The translations under genes were made by a program, and so were the position numbers. From contig NC_068983.1 of NCBI RefSeq assembly GCF_001194135.2, positions 161,692,910 through 161,756,909 of the forward strand: 64,000 nucleotides of DNA. The letters are read 5' to 3'. The notes beneath the pieces were generated by a model. It saw only the letters and a list, made by a program, of their open reading frames with translations. It was not told the origin of the DNA and did no database searches. Source of the stretch: Octopus bimaculoides (taxonomy: Eukaryota). Below, in pieces: positions 1 to 13,331 of this stretch. Positions within the stretch are counted from its first letter, which is position 1; every line of letters begins with the position of its first letter.

Positions 1-381
1 CTGGCAATGATCTCGCTCGAAAATCCTACGAAGGCCAGCCAGGCGGCACTGGCAATGGTCACGCTCAAAATGGTGCATTTTCTGTGCCACCCGCACAAGA
101 AAGTCCTTAGACATGCCACGGGCACAAGTGCCAGAAAGGCGATGCTGGGCACAGGTGCCATAAATTATTTCAAATACTTTGAATATGTCCCTAAGGTTGT
201 ATTGTCTGTTTTTGGCTTGGTTTCAACAGCTGGATGCCCTTCCTAATGCCAACCACTTTACAGAGTGTACTGGGTGCTTTTTACAGGACACCATCAGCAG
301 TGCTTTTTAAATGGCACCTTGGTTATTACTTATAAAACAATATATTAGAAAAGGAAAATTTAAAGGACCCTGCAAACCTAC

Positions 382-492
382 CTCTAACACGTCTTCTGTT
401 TGGTCTGTTGATGTAATATTTACAGTTAATTTATGGTCGTTCATAAGGTATACTTCTAGATTCACAGATTCTTCTATTTGCTGCATACTTTC
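382..492 (-). CDS. SNX17: SNX17 exon 5, start of the RA/FERM-like region (ESMQQIEESVNLEVYLMNDHKLTVNITSTDQTEDVLE)
   Basis: 111 nt, CAG acceptor and GTAGGT donor; DQTEDVLE motif. The gene continues beyond position 1. Confidence 0.95.
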
Positions 493-957
493 CTGTTTAA
501 AGGTAAAATGAAATGCATTAAAAATGGTGACTAAAATTTAAAAACAGGATAGAATACATAAGGAAGATTTCAGACCTTATTTGGTGTCTTTTTACATATT
601 CATTTATTGTTTTTACTTATGTTGTCTGTATAAAATGAAACAGTATTTTAACTAGTTGTCCCAGTAAAACATATACCTGTGAGGTATGGGAGTAAATGCC
701 AAGACAAATAGGGCTTTCATATGTTTACATATGAAATACATCCAAAGAAAATAACTGCAATTACAGCAATTATGCCAATTTATCAATTAATGAAGAATTT
801 AAAGACTTTATACAGAACTGTGTAAAGTTATATTTATTGAAATGGTGATGGTGATGATGGTGATGAACAGTTATTAAATAGACTTTACGAAAGCTACCTC
901 AATGCCTTATCATGGAAGTTGAAGAATATTTTTTTGCAAACCAAAGAAGATACTAAC

Positions 958-1022
958 CTGTTGAGCATTTAACAAGAAGCTGTTGAATATACTGCATGAT
1001 GCTATCTCAGGGACTTGGCTCA
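958..1022 (-). CDS. SNX17: SNX17 exon 4 (VSQVPEIASCSIFNSFLLNAQQ)
   Basis: 65 nt, CAG acceptor and GTTAGT donor; phase 1 to 0 joins exons 3 and 5 in frame; FNSFL..AQQ motif. Confidence 0.94.
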
Positions 1023-1130
1023 CTGGATACAAAGCAAAATGGTACATTTATTCAAACTGACAAAAATTGAAATCAAAAACTACAGTGTTGAATGACTCAG
1101 TTCTATATTATTTAAGAGATTAGGAATTAT

Positions 1131-1372
1131 GTACATTATTTACATTCGATGGATATTTGTCCTCATCTTGTTTATTGTTAACACGTTTCGGCTGATATAC
1201 CCTCCAGCCTTCTTCAGGTGTCTTGGGGAAATTTCAAACCTGGGTTCTCATTCCTAAGGTACTTTTTGATGTTATTATTACTATTATTATTATTGTTCAA
1301 GTCACTGCTTGGAATCGAACTCGGAATCTTGGGGTTAGTAGCCCACACTCTTAACCACTATGCCATATACCC
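1131..1372 (-). mobile_element. tRNA-headed SINE-like element containing a hammerhead core
   Basis: A-box TGGCATAGTGGTTAAG (1365-1350), B-box GAGTTCGATTCC (1322-1311), then CUGAAGA-A-GGCUG-N10-CAGCC-GAAAC (1217-1185). Confidence 0.7.
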
Positions 1373-4300
1373 AGGGGTATATGGCGTAGTGTTAACAACA
1401 AACAAGATGAGGACAAATATCCGTCGAATGTAAATAATGTGTTGAATGACTGTTTAAAAAAAAACTTTAGTTCACCATTCAATGAACTCAACTGTGTATG
1501 TCTTCCAACAGAAAATAAAATATTGACAGTCAAGAAATTAGGGTGAAGGGGTTATTATTCAATATTTGCAGTGAAGATTTATTTTTACACAGCTCTCGTG
1601 TGTGAATCCAGAAACCAACAGAGTTACAGAGATATTCAGTTTGAGAAAAACGAATGCTTGACGAAAAGATCCATTTCTTTTCTTATTCGCTAAAGTCCCA
1701 TGAAGCAGGCTAGAGAATTTGCTGGCCACAAGGGACACCACACTAACTGAGATGGCACTAAAAATAATGTCTGTTCTTTTACTGGTTTCAGTCATTTGAC
1801 TGCAGCCATGCTGGAGCACCGCCATTAGTCGAACAAATCAACCCCGGGACTTATTCTTTGTAAGTCTAGTACTTAGTTTATCGATCTCTTTTGCCAAACC
1901 GCTAAGTTACGGGGACGTAAACACACCAACATTAGTTGTCAAACAACAGTGGGGGAGGGGACAAATACAGACACACAAATACATATATATACACACACAC
2001 ACATGAGCTTCTTTCAGTTTCCATCTACCAAATCCACTCACAGAGCTTTGGTCAGCCCGAGGCAATAGTAGAAGACACTTGCCCAAGGTGCCATGCAGTA
2101 GGACGGAACTCAGAACCATGTGGTTGGGAAGCAAGCTTCTTTATTTCATTACGTTTGCCATAAAGGTATAATACAGATGGAAGCTTGCAGGCTGGACACA
2201 GACACAAGGATGATGATGGAATGAAAAAAAGAGATGGTTGGTGGGGGAAGCAGCTTCTCGATAACATTGTTGTTTTTTTCAAAAAAACACAAATGAGGTG
2301 TTGAACCTCTTACCACACAGCCACTCCTGCACCTGTATAAATAATTAAATCTTATTTTAATAATATTTCTGTTTGAAATTCCATGAATTAGTACACTACT
2401 ACTTATCACATTGGCCAAAGTGATAGAGACAAGAGACTGTGGAAGAGACAAGATATCAAGTGGAGGACACTTTTAAATTTATATTAGTCACAAACAATAG
2501 AAATTTCAGAGTTTGAAGTTCAAGTCATCACAATTTTAATCTCTCCAATAATTTAACAGAAACTGTGCAGATGTTTGCCATGTGGAGACACAGAGACAGA
2601 TGTAAGAGTATAACTTTTACTAACATACATCAGTAAAGAATATAAAAGACGTTGGTGCAAAAGTGGAAAAACTGATTGTCTTCAAAGAAAGTCTCTTCTG
2701 ATATTTGTTCTGCATCAAGTTACAGGCTCTGCCATGTCACTCTGGCAGCCAGAAGTACAGTGAAACAATAATCAACCCACGACAACCATGTAAACAAATA
2801 AACACTATTGTTCATTAATTGCAATCATCTTCGTTTAATGAGCATTTTCCATGCTTAGCATAGGCAGGACAGTTTTATGGAGGACTGGTGAGCTGAAGGG
2901 CTGTGCTGAACTCCAATGTTATCTCTGGCTTGGTTTCTATGGCTGGATGCCTTTCCTAATGCCAACCACTTTACAGAAAGGACTGGGTGCTTTTTTCATG
3001 CCACTGGCACTAATGAGGCTGTCATGGAATTTGCAAGGAATTAGAATGGCAACCTCTTGAGAGGGAAAAGATGGAGAAAAGTTCCCACCACTAAGAAGTA
3101 GTTGGGAGGGGAAGGTGGAGATGAGTGATTGCCAAGTGTTAAAAGGTTAAAGGCAGGGGGATAAGCACAGGTGTCTTGCTAACAGCCCATCCCTCCACCC
3201 ATGTTTACCATTCACTGCATTCCCCTCCTCTCCACCACCTGCCTACCCACTTACCCTACCCAATTCTCTGTACCATTTCATTTATATTCACCTCCCTGTA
3301 ACATAAGGGTATAGACCCTAACACATCTCCACCAGTTTCTCTCACTTTCTCCTCTCTCTCTCTCTTAATCCAGCTGAGGTGGCCAGGTGTCTCTCATACA
3401 GCAAGACACCTGTTTCTGTCTCTCTATCATACTCCAACCTCCTCATCACCTGGCACAAAGCCACTTCTCTCAATACCCCTACCCCTTCAGTTGAAGGTTC
3501 TTGTCTTGTGAGGTATTTAGCAACCTCACTACTGCTGGTGCCACATTAAAAGCACCCAGTACACTCTGTAAAATGGTTGGTATCAGGAAGAGCATCCAGC
3601 TGTAGAGACCATACCAAAGCAGATAGAACTGGATACAGCCGGCGAGCTCACTGGATGCTGTCAAACTGTCCAATCTATGCCAGCATGGAAGATGGATGTT
3701 AAATGATAATGGTTACACACACACATACACAGAATGGTGTATAAATTCTATAAATTTTCTTAAGCTATCTTTCAGCAATATTTCAATTCTAATCATAACC
3801 ACCACCATTATACAATACAATGGAATTGGTGCTAATTTTCCAACATACAATGCCACGTGTTAATTAGACAGAGAAATATGCCTGGCTCAGAGGCATGAAA
3901 TTCCTAGTAACATTTGAATCTCTGACCATTTGAGCAATAATCTGACACTTTAATCAGTGCCACCACATCATCGCTACCAAATTTTAATTCTATTCTATGA
4001 GACAGAAATGTTTTACACAAAGAAATATCTTTCTGGTTAAACTTCTACTAATTTCCATACCTGAAACATAATTATGATGAATTTCATTGTCGATAAAATT
4101 ACAAAATCTTTTGCATGTGTATTTGTCAAGGAATTTCATTTGAAATCAAGGACCAAACCATATTTCACAAGGAACGTCATTGAAATCAGGGAATATAACA
4201 TTCTGATAGACTCAGTTTAAATATTAAAATCATTAATTCATTATTTTATTCTCTTCACACTTGATAACAACAAGGTCCTTTATTGCACATAAGGTGAAAA

Positions 4301-4605
4301 AGTGTCCATAAGGCTTCTTAAAATCAATTTCTATTGACCAGGCATAAAGCCAATTGTCAGTTCAATCAGAATCAGTTGGTATCAATTTTATACACAAGAA
4401 AGAGTTCAAAGGTAAAACCAATCCTGATTGATTTTTGGGACTTAATACTATAAAATACATTGTTTTTTTGCAGGATGATCTCAAGTTCATGAACCAGCTC
4501 TTCATGAATGATATCAATAACAATAAAAGATAATAGACAACAAAGACTGTTTGTGTAAATATCAAAAGCAAATTGACACTGATTTCATAAATAAACTGTA
4601 CCAAC

Positions 4606-4723
4606 CCATCTGAATATAACGTTCCAGACTGATTCGCCGCTCATCCAATTGTGCTTGAGACAGAGACAATAGTCGTTTCGGTGGGAACGGAGGTAAGGTA
4701 CTGGCTCCAAACTGTTTTTTTAA
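4606..4723 (-). CDS. SNX17: SNX17 exon 3, PX domain (LKKQFGASTLPPFPPKRLLSLSQAQLDERRISLERYIQM)
   Basis: 118 nt, polypyrimidine tract plus CAG acceptor, GTTGGT donor; contains the PX proline motif PFPPK and the ERR..LE.Y motif. Confidence 0.96.
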
Positions 4724-5289
4724 CTGCAAATAACAAAGAAAAAGAGCAAATCGTTTGCTATTTAAGCATTCAATAGTGCAGAACTAAATGCTAAACAATA
4801 GCATTTTGAGGAAGTTATAGTAGAACAAGTATTTAGAAGCTAATTAGATAGTTTCACTAAGTGAATTTCACACAAAAACAACGAAAAGGAAAAACACATT
4901 TCATATACAACACTTGTTTTTTTGGCGGGGTTTTTTCAGTGTTTTGAGTAAAGATTAAATAGATTGTCTTTCAGTCAACCATGAGAAAGTCTAACAAGGA
5001 ACTGGCAGGGAAAATATTTGGTAAATAGATTATTTTGGAAAGAACAAGTGCCATCAGATGATTGTTATCAATATATAATAGAGGACTGCTGTTAAAAGTT
5101 TGTATATTTGTATATAGTTTCAGGTAGACAGGCTGAAGTTGCACTACACAATACATTGGCTGTAACAAAATTAGAACATTTATTTTTACCACACAAACAT
5201 TGAGTGTGTTTATTTGTACACGAACGCGCGTGTGTGTGTGTGTGTGTGTGTGCGTGATTACGCACACACATGTAAGTGAAAGAACTGAT

Positions 5290-5605
5290 ACTCTCTCGGT
5301 TACAACAACAAGGGTTTCAACTGATCCAGTCAACAGAACAGCCTGCTTGTGAAACTAACATGTAAATGGCTGAGCACTCCACAGACGTGTGTACCCTTAT
5401 AATGTAGTTTTCAGGGAGATTCAGCATGACACAGAATGCAACAAGGCTGGCCCTTTTGAATTACAAAGTACAACTCATTTTTACCAGCTGAGTGGACAGG
5501 AGCAAGGTGAAAACAAGTGTCTTGCTCAAGGATACAATGGGGATCGAACTCATAACCTTATGAACATGAGCTGAATGCCCCTAACCACTAAGCCACACAC
5601 CTTCA
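5290..5605 (-). repeat. tRNA-derived SINE, family 3
   Basis: A-box GTGGCTTAGTGGTTAG at the right end and body CCAGCTGAGTGGAC.GGAGCAA..TGAAA..AAGTGTCTTGCTCAAG; also at 10490-10640 and 15410-15690. Confidence 0.75.
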
Positions 5606-7659
5606 CACGAGTGAAGGAGATAAGATGAGTGTGGCTGGAGTATCTGTTATTCAATGTGAACAATAATTGCAGAGTAACCATAACCAGGAAAGGAGTTTGG
5701 ATGGAAGATCAGTTTGTGCTTCTAATGTAAAGTCTAAGAGTGGAATGAATTATTGGCGGGAAGAGAGAGAGAGAGAGAGAAGAGAAAGAAAAAGGCATAA
5801 AATTTAAATAGGGTCGGGGTTTGAATTATTTAATAATGTTTTTGTTTTTTTTAAATTGGATGGAACTCATAGAAGAGGGAAACTCAGGAAGACATGGGAC
5901 AAAGTACTGAAGGCCAGTCTCAAGACACTGAGCCTTATGTAGGAGATGACAAAGGACTAAGATATCTGGCACCTTCCTGTACTTAAGAAGACCTGTCCAT
6001 CACAGCAGAATCGATACTGGTGCTGGGGCCACGTAAAAAGCAGCTGGTATACTACTCTGTGAAGTGGTTGACGTCAGGAAGGGCATCCAGCTGTAGAAAC
6101 CATGCCAGAACAGAGAATGCAGCTTGGTATGGTCCCTTGGCCTTGCTAGCTCCTGTCAAATTATCTAACCCATGCCAGCATAGAAAACAGACTTTAAATG
6201 ATGATGATGAATGGTGATTTGTAGTGAAACAATCAACAAGTATCCCACATTAATATTCTCTAATTAAATAAGGATCACCAAAACTGTTTTTACCTCTTCC
6301 ATATGTGATTGATATAGTTTACAAAATTCCTTTACGGCCCTGCCCCTCACTCCCTCTCTCAGTTAAGAAGAACAATAAACTCATTTTCTCTTGTAAAACC
6401 ATTCATCATCATTTAAAGTCTGTTTTCTATGCTGGCATGGGTTGGATGGTTTGACAGGAGCTGGCAAGGCCAGGGGTCCATACCAAGCTCCATTGTCTGT
6501 TCTGGCAAGGTTTTTACAGCTGGATGCCCTTCCTAATGCCAACCACTTTATAGAGTATACCAGCTGCTTTTTACGTGGCACCAGCACCAATTCTATATCT
6601 AAAGGAGAAAAACAGCTGAGAAATTTTAATTGAATTTTCTAATTTACATATAAATAAGACATAACTGCGGTTATATAAATATTCTATAAACCTTTTCGTA
6701 TGATGTTTTTTATTGTTTTTTTCTTCCTGTATGAAGCAGTTACAGTTCTTCCTCACAATGAACTTGCAAGAAATTTGCTTTAATTAATGTCTTTGTTCAT
6801 GGAGCTAATTACTTTAAAGTTAGTTTGTATTTTTTTTTCCCATTCTTGTTTGCATTACTTATACACAAGAGATTTCTAGTGGTACTGAATAATTAAATAG
6901 TTCTAATTAGCAAGTAGGGTTTTTTTATACCAAACATTCCAACTGCCCTGTCCAATCCTCTTACACTCCATTTACATTCACCTCTTGTACCTGACACATC
7001 CCCACCATCTCCCATTCTCTCTCCCTGACTAGGGTTATCTGCTTCTGCCCCACAATCATGCTTTAAACCACCTCCCTCAATACTACTCCCCCTCCCAGTC
7101 AAGGGACCATTGTCTTGCAAGTTACTTGGTGACCTCACCCAATACATTCTGTAAAGTGGGTGACCTTAGGAAGGGCATCTAGCTGTAGAAACCATGCCAA
7201 AGCAGACAGTAGAGTTTGGCACAGTCCTCTGGTTTGCCAGCTCCTGTTAAGCCATCCAGTCCACACCAGCATGGAAAAACAAAACGATGATGATGATGAT
7301 GAGGATACATATTTGAAAGTTTTTTGCAAAAAGTACTTGATGTAGCCACAATATTTAAAGAAAAACCTTTTTAAAGGTTATTAGCAATTAAAAAAAAAAA
7401 CATTTAAAAACAAAATGTCACAAACCTTTGGAGATACAAAAACCCAAAGGTTTGTGACAGTGTTCTTTTTCAATTTTTATAAAATAGTTAGTAACTTATT
7501 TTTAAAATATTTCTTTAAGTATATTTATAAGTATAGTTTTTGTACGTTCTTTGACCTGTATGTAAACGTGTTTGATGGTACTCTTAACATAGAATTCATT
7601 AAATTTGCTATGGGTGATTTTATGCAGCATGTAAAACCACAGACATATTTTTAACCTTT

Positions 7660-8590
7660 GATTGGGCAGTTAGGTAATGTACATAAGGTGTTGTTTTGTC
7701 TTGTTTTTTTTGTAAGCACCCTCCCAGAAACTACAGCCTAGAAGACAAGCCGGAAGATCTATAGAGCTCAACGAGGACATCCTACAAACCCTGGTGAAAC
7801 AAAATCCTATTGTAACTATTGAGGAACTAGCAGAGAAGCTTGTATTTGGTCACTCAACCATTCATCAACACCTGCGTGCTATCAGAAAAGTCAGCAAATT
7901 GGGTCAATGTGTTCTTCACAAACTTTCCAAGCCTAGTCATGCGCATCGAGTGAATGTGTGCTCTTCTTTGCTGTCATATTTCACAAATGAAGCTTTTTTG
8001 GACCAAATAGTGACTGGTGACAAGAAACGAAATCTCTATAAAAAATATCAAGTGCCAAAGACAGTGGGTAGGGAAAGGAGAAACACTGGCACCCCAGACT
8101 GAAGAAGGTCTTCACCCAGGTAAGGTGTTGTTATCTGTTTGGTGGGATATGAAAGATTTAGTCCACTTTGAGCTTTTAAACTCAAACCAAGCAATAACAA
8201 AGGAGATCAACTGTGAGCAGCTTAAGCCAGCGCTAGAAGAAAAACAACCATCTTTGGTTTCAAAACAAAAGCTGTTCCTCCATCAGAATAATGCTCAGCC
8301 AAATACAGCAAGGATGACATTCCAAAGGTTGGAGCAGTTTGAATGGGAAATGATGCCCCACCCACCATATTCACCATCTGATTATCATTTATTTCACAGT
8401 CTTCAAAATTATTTGGATGGAAAAAATATGAATTCTGTAGATGAGGTCAGAACAGTGCTGGAAGAGTATTTTTCATCATGAGCAAGTGAATTTTGGAAGA
8501 AGGGTCTTGCAAGACTACCAGATAGATGGAAGAGCATTGTAGAAAATAAAAGAAGTATAAACAAACCACATTATTTATGGGATGCCCCAA
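7660..8590 (+). mobile_element. Mariner (DD34D) element, degraded
   Basis: Frameshifted transposase: IVTGD, HPGKVLLSVWWD, HQNNA (catalytic D changed to N), HPPYSP-SDYHLF (deletion); 3' TIR ends ...GCCCCAATA. Confidence 0.9.
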
Positions 8591-9130
8591 TAGTTGCAGG
8601 TGTGGCTGTGTGGTAAGAAGTTTGCTTCCCAACCAGATGGTTCTGGGTTCAGTCCCATTACGTGACATTTAGGTCAAGTGTTTCCTACTATAGCCTCAGG
8701 CTGACCAAAGCTTCGAGAGTGGATTTTAGTACTTTTGTGAGTGAGTAGGATGACCCCCACCCTACTCTTAATATATCTGGTAAAGAGGGGTTTGTCCTAC
8801 ATACACACATAACTTTAAGTCATGTGGAAATTAGTCAAATTGTTATTTNNNNNNNNNNNNNNNNNNNNNNNNNNNNNNNNNNNNNNNNNNNNNNNNNNNN
8901 NNNNNNNNNNNNNNNNNNNNNNNNNNNNNNNNNNNNNNNNNNNNNNNNNNNNNNNNNNNNNNNNNNNNNNNNNNNNNNNNNNNNNNNNNNNNNNNNNNNN
9001 NNNNNNNNNNNNNNNNNNNNNNNNNNNNNNNNNNNNNNNNNNNNNNNNNNNNNNNNNNNNNNNNNNNNNNNNNNNNNNNNNNNNNNNNNNNNNNNNNNNN
9101 NNNNNNNNNNNNNNNNNNNNNNNNNNNNNN

Positions 9131-9188
<58 letters not shown>

Positions 9189-9893
9189 ATGGACTTCCTA
9201 CATATATATGTACTGCGGGCATAATTCCCACAGTACATATATATGGCACCAGCACCAATGCTTTTTATGTGGCACGAATACAGTGTTACATAAAGTCTCA
9301 AAGTGTTGTCTCTCAGTAATGTCTCCATAAGACACACATTACTGTGAAGTAAAGTGGTTGTAGCAGTTGATTCCACTGACATGGAGACACGAACTTAATG
9401 ATCCAACGTCTGCACCCACCACTCTCTGTGTAAGCTGGAAGAGAAGTATCTGAAGCAACCGACAATATGAGAGAGTAGGTCACATGAACAAAGCATAAAA
9501 AACAGTACTGTGGGTACAATACAGGAAACCTCACACAAAATAACACTGAACAGCCGACAAAAGAATAAAGAAAAGAATAAAGAAAAGCAAGCAGGATGTC
9601 ATATTAACAACAAAGATTAAATAAGACAGCAATGATAATCCCGGTTAGTCCACATCATCCTGTAAGGAGCATAGGGTTGCTTTCATAGTCTCTCTGGTGG
9701 ATTCTTTTATTTTATCACTTGTTTCAGTCAGTTGACTGCGGCCATGCTGGAGCACTGCCTTTAGCCGAGCAAATCTATCTCCAAGACTTATCTTTTGTAA
9801 GCCTAGTATTTATTCTATCGGTGTCTTTTGCTGAACAACTAAGCTTATGGGGGACATAAACACACCAGCATCGGTTGTCAAGCCATGTTTAGA

Positions 9894-9926
<33 letters not shown>

Positions 9927-12900
9927 CAAGCTTCTTTGAGTTTCCGTCCGCCAAATTCACTCACAAGACTTTGGTCGGCTCAAAGCGAAAGTAGAAGACA
10001 CTTGCCTGAGGTGCCACACAGTGGCACTGAACCTGGAACTACATGGTTCCAAAACCTCCCACAGAAGTAATTAAAATCTAAAAAAAATATAAATACCCAG
10101 GGTTTTTATAGCTGGATGCCCTTCCTAACACCAACCATCCTGCAGAGTGGTATCAGTGCTTTTAACATGGCACAAGCACAGGCGAAGTTAGTTTTGGCAT
10201 GATTTTTACAGCTAGATGTCCTAAATGCCAACCACTTTACAGTGAAGACTGGATGCTTTTTATGTAGCACCAGCACTGGCAGGGTGACCAAGTAACTCAT
10301 GAGACAAGGAATTATGAGAAGGGCAGGGGCTTTGAGGAGGGGAACTTGTGTCAGAGGATGAAAGGTTAGAGGGTGACAAAGAGAGAGAGAGGCAGAAACA
10401 GGTGTCTTGCTATAGTGGAGGGAGCATTGGCAGAGGTGAAACAGTATCAGATATTCCTCCCTGGACAAGACGCTGATCAGTCACATGATTACGCATATTT
10501 ACCAGCTGAGTGGAGTGAACCAACAAGAAATGAAGTGTCTTGCTCAAGAACACAATATATCACCCACACCAGGAATCAAAAGCAGAATCTTACAGTCATG
10601 AGTCCAACAATCTAACCACTAAGCCCTGTGCCTCCACATGGAGATATTAATTTCAAGAATAATTATTTGGACATTTTTTCTATGGGGGAATGTTTTCTAA
10701 TAATCTCCAATTTAATGTTTCAGTAAACCATTTAAAGACTCATTCTCAATGATTTTAAGACTTCATCATCATCATTTAATGTCTGTTGTCCTTGCTGGCA
10801 TGGGTTGGACAGTGTGACCAGGGCTAGCAAGCTGGAAGGCCGCACTAGACCCAATCTGACTTGGCATGGTTTCTACAGTTGGATGCCCTTCCTAATGCCA
10901 ACCACTCCGAGAGTGTAATGGGTGCTTTTACGTACCACCGATATCTATTTAAAATAAACCTTAACACCATTATTCAAAATAACTAATCGTTATTCTCTTT
11001 GTTTTATGTCTGTTTCCATACGTGCATGACTAAGACAGCTCTTCTCCAGCACAGCCCCTAGCCATTTATTGTAGTCTCTTGCCATCTTTTAAGAACTCAT
11101 TTGAACCTGAAATCAATTTTCACCATTCCTTATGTCTGCTGACGTCTTCTACAGCAGATTCTTTCTTTACCCCCATTCATCATCTCATCAAACCTGCACC
11201 AACTCAGTTTTCTCTCTTGTGCATCACATCCAATTCCTCTTGGATTCACTTTTCTCCCCCATCCCCCTCATCTACTCTATTGTTCAGTCACACAAACAGT
11301 GAACATCCAGTGATGCAGGTTTGCCTTGTTTCTTTCCAAGCTTTGCACATCCTCTCAGGGCCGTGGAGTCGAAGTCGGAAACAATTAAGTGGGTAGTAGG
11401 AGTCGGTAAAACTATACTGACTCTGAACAAACAAAATAAAGATGACGATAAATCTTCCTTCTTTGCCATGGTGTTAAGCAAGTTTAAAACCATTTTAAGA
11501 ATCTTAAGTTTGTGAAACCCAGCAAATTGTCCACCTCATTTTCACTTCTCACAGACTTTCTCCCCTCCATGAGAACCACTAATAATGAAGCCACCTGAAT
11601 AACAAAAACTATAAACAACCTCAAAGTTGTTCATAGTTTTTGTTTATAGTTAACATCAACATCAATATCAAAATCAAATCAAATGGAAATTGTAGTTGTG
11701 ACCCCTGTGCAGCCTCCTGGCTTCCCAGCTGAAGCGTCCAACCCATGCCAGCTTGGAAAACGGACGTTAAACGATGATGATGATGATGAAGGGAACCTTC
11801 CCAACATTTGAAAGGCTTCATTTCATGGCCGTTCCAACTGTTTATTTCCATGAATTTGCTACACACAAAGTTGTCCTCCTCTATAATCTACCTTTTGTGC
11901 CCCTAGAATTCAAGTACACAAGATGTAGAGTTCAAGAGAGACGACTGCACTGGTACTGTAATGTGATGCATGTAGATGACGACAGCTGCATAAAGAAGTT
12001 CCGATCTTATACTATAGAAGAAACCTTAGCAAGGAAAATATATAGTGTAACCATACACCCCTCCTGATAAAAGGTGGTAGTAACCAGCCATTATAAACAG
12101 ACCAGTAGCTGGTTGAGAGTACGTGTAGACTGTGATGATAGTTGTGTCTGTGCTGATATAGTAATTATACTGTGATACTGAGTGAACGTTATAATGATCC
12201 ACCCTTTTAAGAATAATAATACTGTACGACTGGGGTTCGTAGAGTGCCATATAGAACCATTCTATCAACGGCTTCAGAATATAACATCGGTTAAAGCGAC
12301 AGCTGTCATCAAAAGACAGATACACAAAGTGGCAAAAGACCACATTACAATAGGAAATAGATTTGAAGATAAAACTAGATTTTCTTATGTTTGCTAATAT
12401 TACAAAGCTTCTTATCAAATACCTGATACAAAATTATCTTGGAATAATATTATTTTTCTAACATTTTATCAAAATAATGATACAAAATGTAAATTGTTGT
12501 TTACATTTTCTTTTACTAATCTCACTACAAGACTCTGGCTATGCTGGTGCAGCACTTTCAAGGCCGGAAGAGTTAATATCTTTATCTTTTAATTGTTTCT
12601 ATCATTAGACTGCAACTGTGCTACAGTACCAGGTTAAAGAGTTTTAGTTAAATGAATTGACACCAGTACTTGTTTTTTTCTAAAGCCTGGTACACATTCT
12701 ATCAGTCCCTTTTGGCAAACTGCTAAGTTACAGGGACATAAACACAGCAACATCAGTTGTCAAACAGTGATGAGAGACAAACACAAATACACACTCAATC
12801 ATATATACACAAGACGGGCTTCTTTCAGTTTCCGTCTACCAAATCTACTCACAAGGCTTTGGTCAGTCCAAAGGTATAGTAGAAGACACTTGCCCAAGGT

Positions 12901-13331
12901 TCCATGCAGTGGGACTGAACCCAGAACCATGTGGTTGGGAAGCAAGCTTCTTACCACACAGCTATGCCTGCACCTATTATATATATATATATNNNNNNNN
13001 NNNNNNNNNNNNNNNNNNNNNNNNNNNNNNNNNNNNNNNNNNNNNNNNNNNNNNNNNNNNNNNNNNNNNNNNNNNNNNNNNNNNNNNNNNNNNNNNNNNN
13101 NNNNNNNNNNNNNNNNNNNNNNNNNNNNNNNNNNNNNNNNNNNNNNNNNNNNNNNNNNNNNNNNNNNNNNNNNNNNNNNNNNNNNNNNNNNNNNNNNNNN
13201 NNNNNNNNNNNNNNNNNNNNNNNNNNNNNNNNNNNNNNNNNNNNNNNNNNNNNNNNNNNNNNNNNNNNNNNNNNNNNNNNNNNNNNNNNNNNNNNNNNNN
13301 NNNNNNNNNNNNNNNNNNNNNNNNNNNNNNN

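Noticed and set aside
8017-8481. Domesticated SETMAR-like transposase gene
   Set aside because: Frameshifted, second catalytic Asp changed to Asn, YSPDLAP motif deleted, and no SET domain or splice structure.
8815-9382. Long ORFs at 8.8-9.4, 12.8-13.4, 46.2-46.9 and 63.4-64.0 kb
   Set aside because: They are open only because they cross N gaps and dinucleotide microsatellites (HTHT, YIYI, CVCV).
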